A stretch of DNA of 64,000 nucleotides. Source: Malacoraja senta. Taxonomy: Eukaryota. Positions 62,549 to 64,000 of this stretch are shown piece after piece; within the stretch, counting starts at the first letter, position 1, and each line of letters opens with the position of its first letter. Both the position numbers and the translations under genes were made by a program. The stretch covers positions 5,458,001-5,522,000 of the forward strand of contig CM075993.1 of the NCBI GenBank assembly GCA_038087875.1. The letters run 5' to 3'. A model generated the notes under the pieces. The model was not told where the DNA came from, did no database searches, and saw only the letters and a list, made by a program, of their open reading frames with translations.

Positions 62549-62673
62549 CTGTAGGTGGCAAGCTCGAGATTCAGCCCCATCTTCACCTGCATCAACTTCT
62601 GCTGCTCCCTGAGATTCAGGGCAATGGCTGATGCAAGATGTTGCTTCTCATCCTCCAGTACAGCAACTTGGCT
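62549..62673 (-). CDS. SYNM: Synemin exon 2 (end of coil 2B)
   Basis: gtgtacag| acceptor; SQVAVLEDEKQHLASAIALNLREQQKLMQVKMGLNLELATY(R); donor |GTAACG; 125 bp (human RVIDCLEDEK...QVKTGLSLEVATYR). Confidence 0.95.
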
Positions 62674-62879
62674 CTGTACACAACAACCGAGGCAAAGTTA
62701 GTCAAACAGTTCCCTGTGTAGACTGTCACAGGTCATAATTCCCCATCTACTCCAGCACCAGAGGCGGATGACAAGATAATAAGACCTCGGAATGTATTTC
62801 CAGCAAAGATGGATGCCTATAAGGAAATGTGAGCAGAACTAGGCCATTCAGCCCCTCGAGCCTGCTTTGTCAATATGGT

Positions 62880-63242
62880 CCATATTTCAAGATTGTTAAG
62901 GGCTTGGACACGCTAGAGGCAGGAAACATGTTCCTGATGTTGCGGGAGTCCAGAACCAGTGGCCACAGTTTAAGAATAAGGAGTAAGCCATTTAGAACGG
63001 AGACGAGGAAACACTTTTTCTCACAGAGAGTGGTGAGTCTGTGGATTTCTCTGCCTCAGAGGGCGGTGGAGGCAGGTTCTCTGCATGCTTTCAAGAGGGA
63101 GCTAGATAGCTCTTAATAATAGCAGAGTCAGGGGAGAAGGCAGGAACGGGGTACTGATTGGGTATGATCAGCCATGATCACATTGAATGGCGGTGCTGGC
63201 ACGAAGGGCCAAATGGCCTGCTCCTGCACCTATTGTCTATTT
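62880..63242 (+). mobile_element. CR1 LINE 3' fragment
   Basis: KIVKGLDTLEAGNMF...FKRELD plus 3' UTR. Confidence 0.85.
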
Positions 63243-64000
63243 CCTCAAGGCTCTCCCTTCCCTCTCAATCCCCTTACTGATTGAACATCAATGTATCCCT
63301 TTGCCATCTCCTCCTCCCCAGCCAACAATGGACCATTGTGGGCTCCACCCTACCTTGGTCATCTGTTGCCGGCCCTGCTTTGTTCTGGCCTTTTCTTACC
63401 TCCAGTTCCCTCCACTCTACTTTCAGTCTGAAGAAGGGTCCCGACCCGAAACGTCACCCATCCTTTTTCCGCAGAGATGCTGCCTGACCCGCTGAGTTAC
63501 TCCAGCATTTTGTGTCTATCTTCAATTTGTGTCTCTCAGCTTTGATCATTTCGATCTTGTTGTCGGCTGGTGTACCATCCACTGATCTGCCTACCTGTCC
63601 TGCCCTGGTTATATCAGGGGTCCCCTTCTTCAGAACAGTCCATTACCCAAACAGACCAGCAGTCAGTAAATGCAACGCCCAACAATATATTTGAATGAAA
63701 ACATATATGCTAACCAAAAGAAAAACCTGTAGTTAAAACAGGGCATTCAACTCAACCATTCAGTAATTGCTGCCAACCACATTTCCACGCACGGCCAGCA
63801 AATCCACGTCTCCCAAATGATTGTCCGTATATAGGAGCTGTATATACGGATGTTCGTAACCTGGGAAGGATGTGTGCTTGAGAGGTCAGTGTCAAAATCC
63901 AACGGGTGGCGCTGTGATGGCAGCCTCGCCGACAGTCTGTCTGTCCTTTTCGTCTTTTTAAACATTTTTTTTAGTGTGTTTAAAAAGTTTGTGTGATCTG

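Overview
Eukaryotic genomic DNA, most likely from a cartilaginous fish (a skate or ray). This is inferred from the HE1/V-SINE, HER1/CR1 and Penelope repeat content. Two convergent protein-coding genes can be rebuilt by hand. (1) TTC23 on the + strand: 11 coding exons over 13189-48861, about 474 aa, with the first exon tentative. It contains a GC-AG intron directly followed by a minor-spliceosome (U12) AT-AC intron. (2) The 3' part of synemin (SYNM) on the - strand: exons 2-4, including a 2.6 kb tail exon; exon 1 lies beyond the window. This tail-to-tail order matches human 15q26.3. The rest is dense with transposons: CR1, Rex1/Babar, L2 and L1/Tx1 LINE fragments, tRNA-derived SINEs, Tc1 remnants, Harbinger-type MITEs, non-autonomous RTE elements, and many Penelope-derived elements carrying minimal hammerhead-ribozyme cores, often as perfect hairpins. 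There is one 200-N assembly gap. Family names come from recognition by eye; no database search was run. Repeat boundaries are approximate unless a TSD or TIR is quoted.
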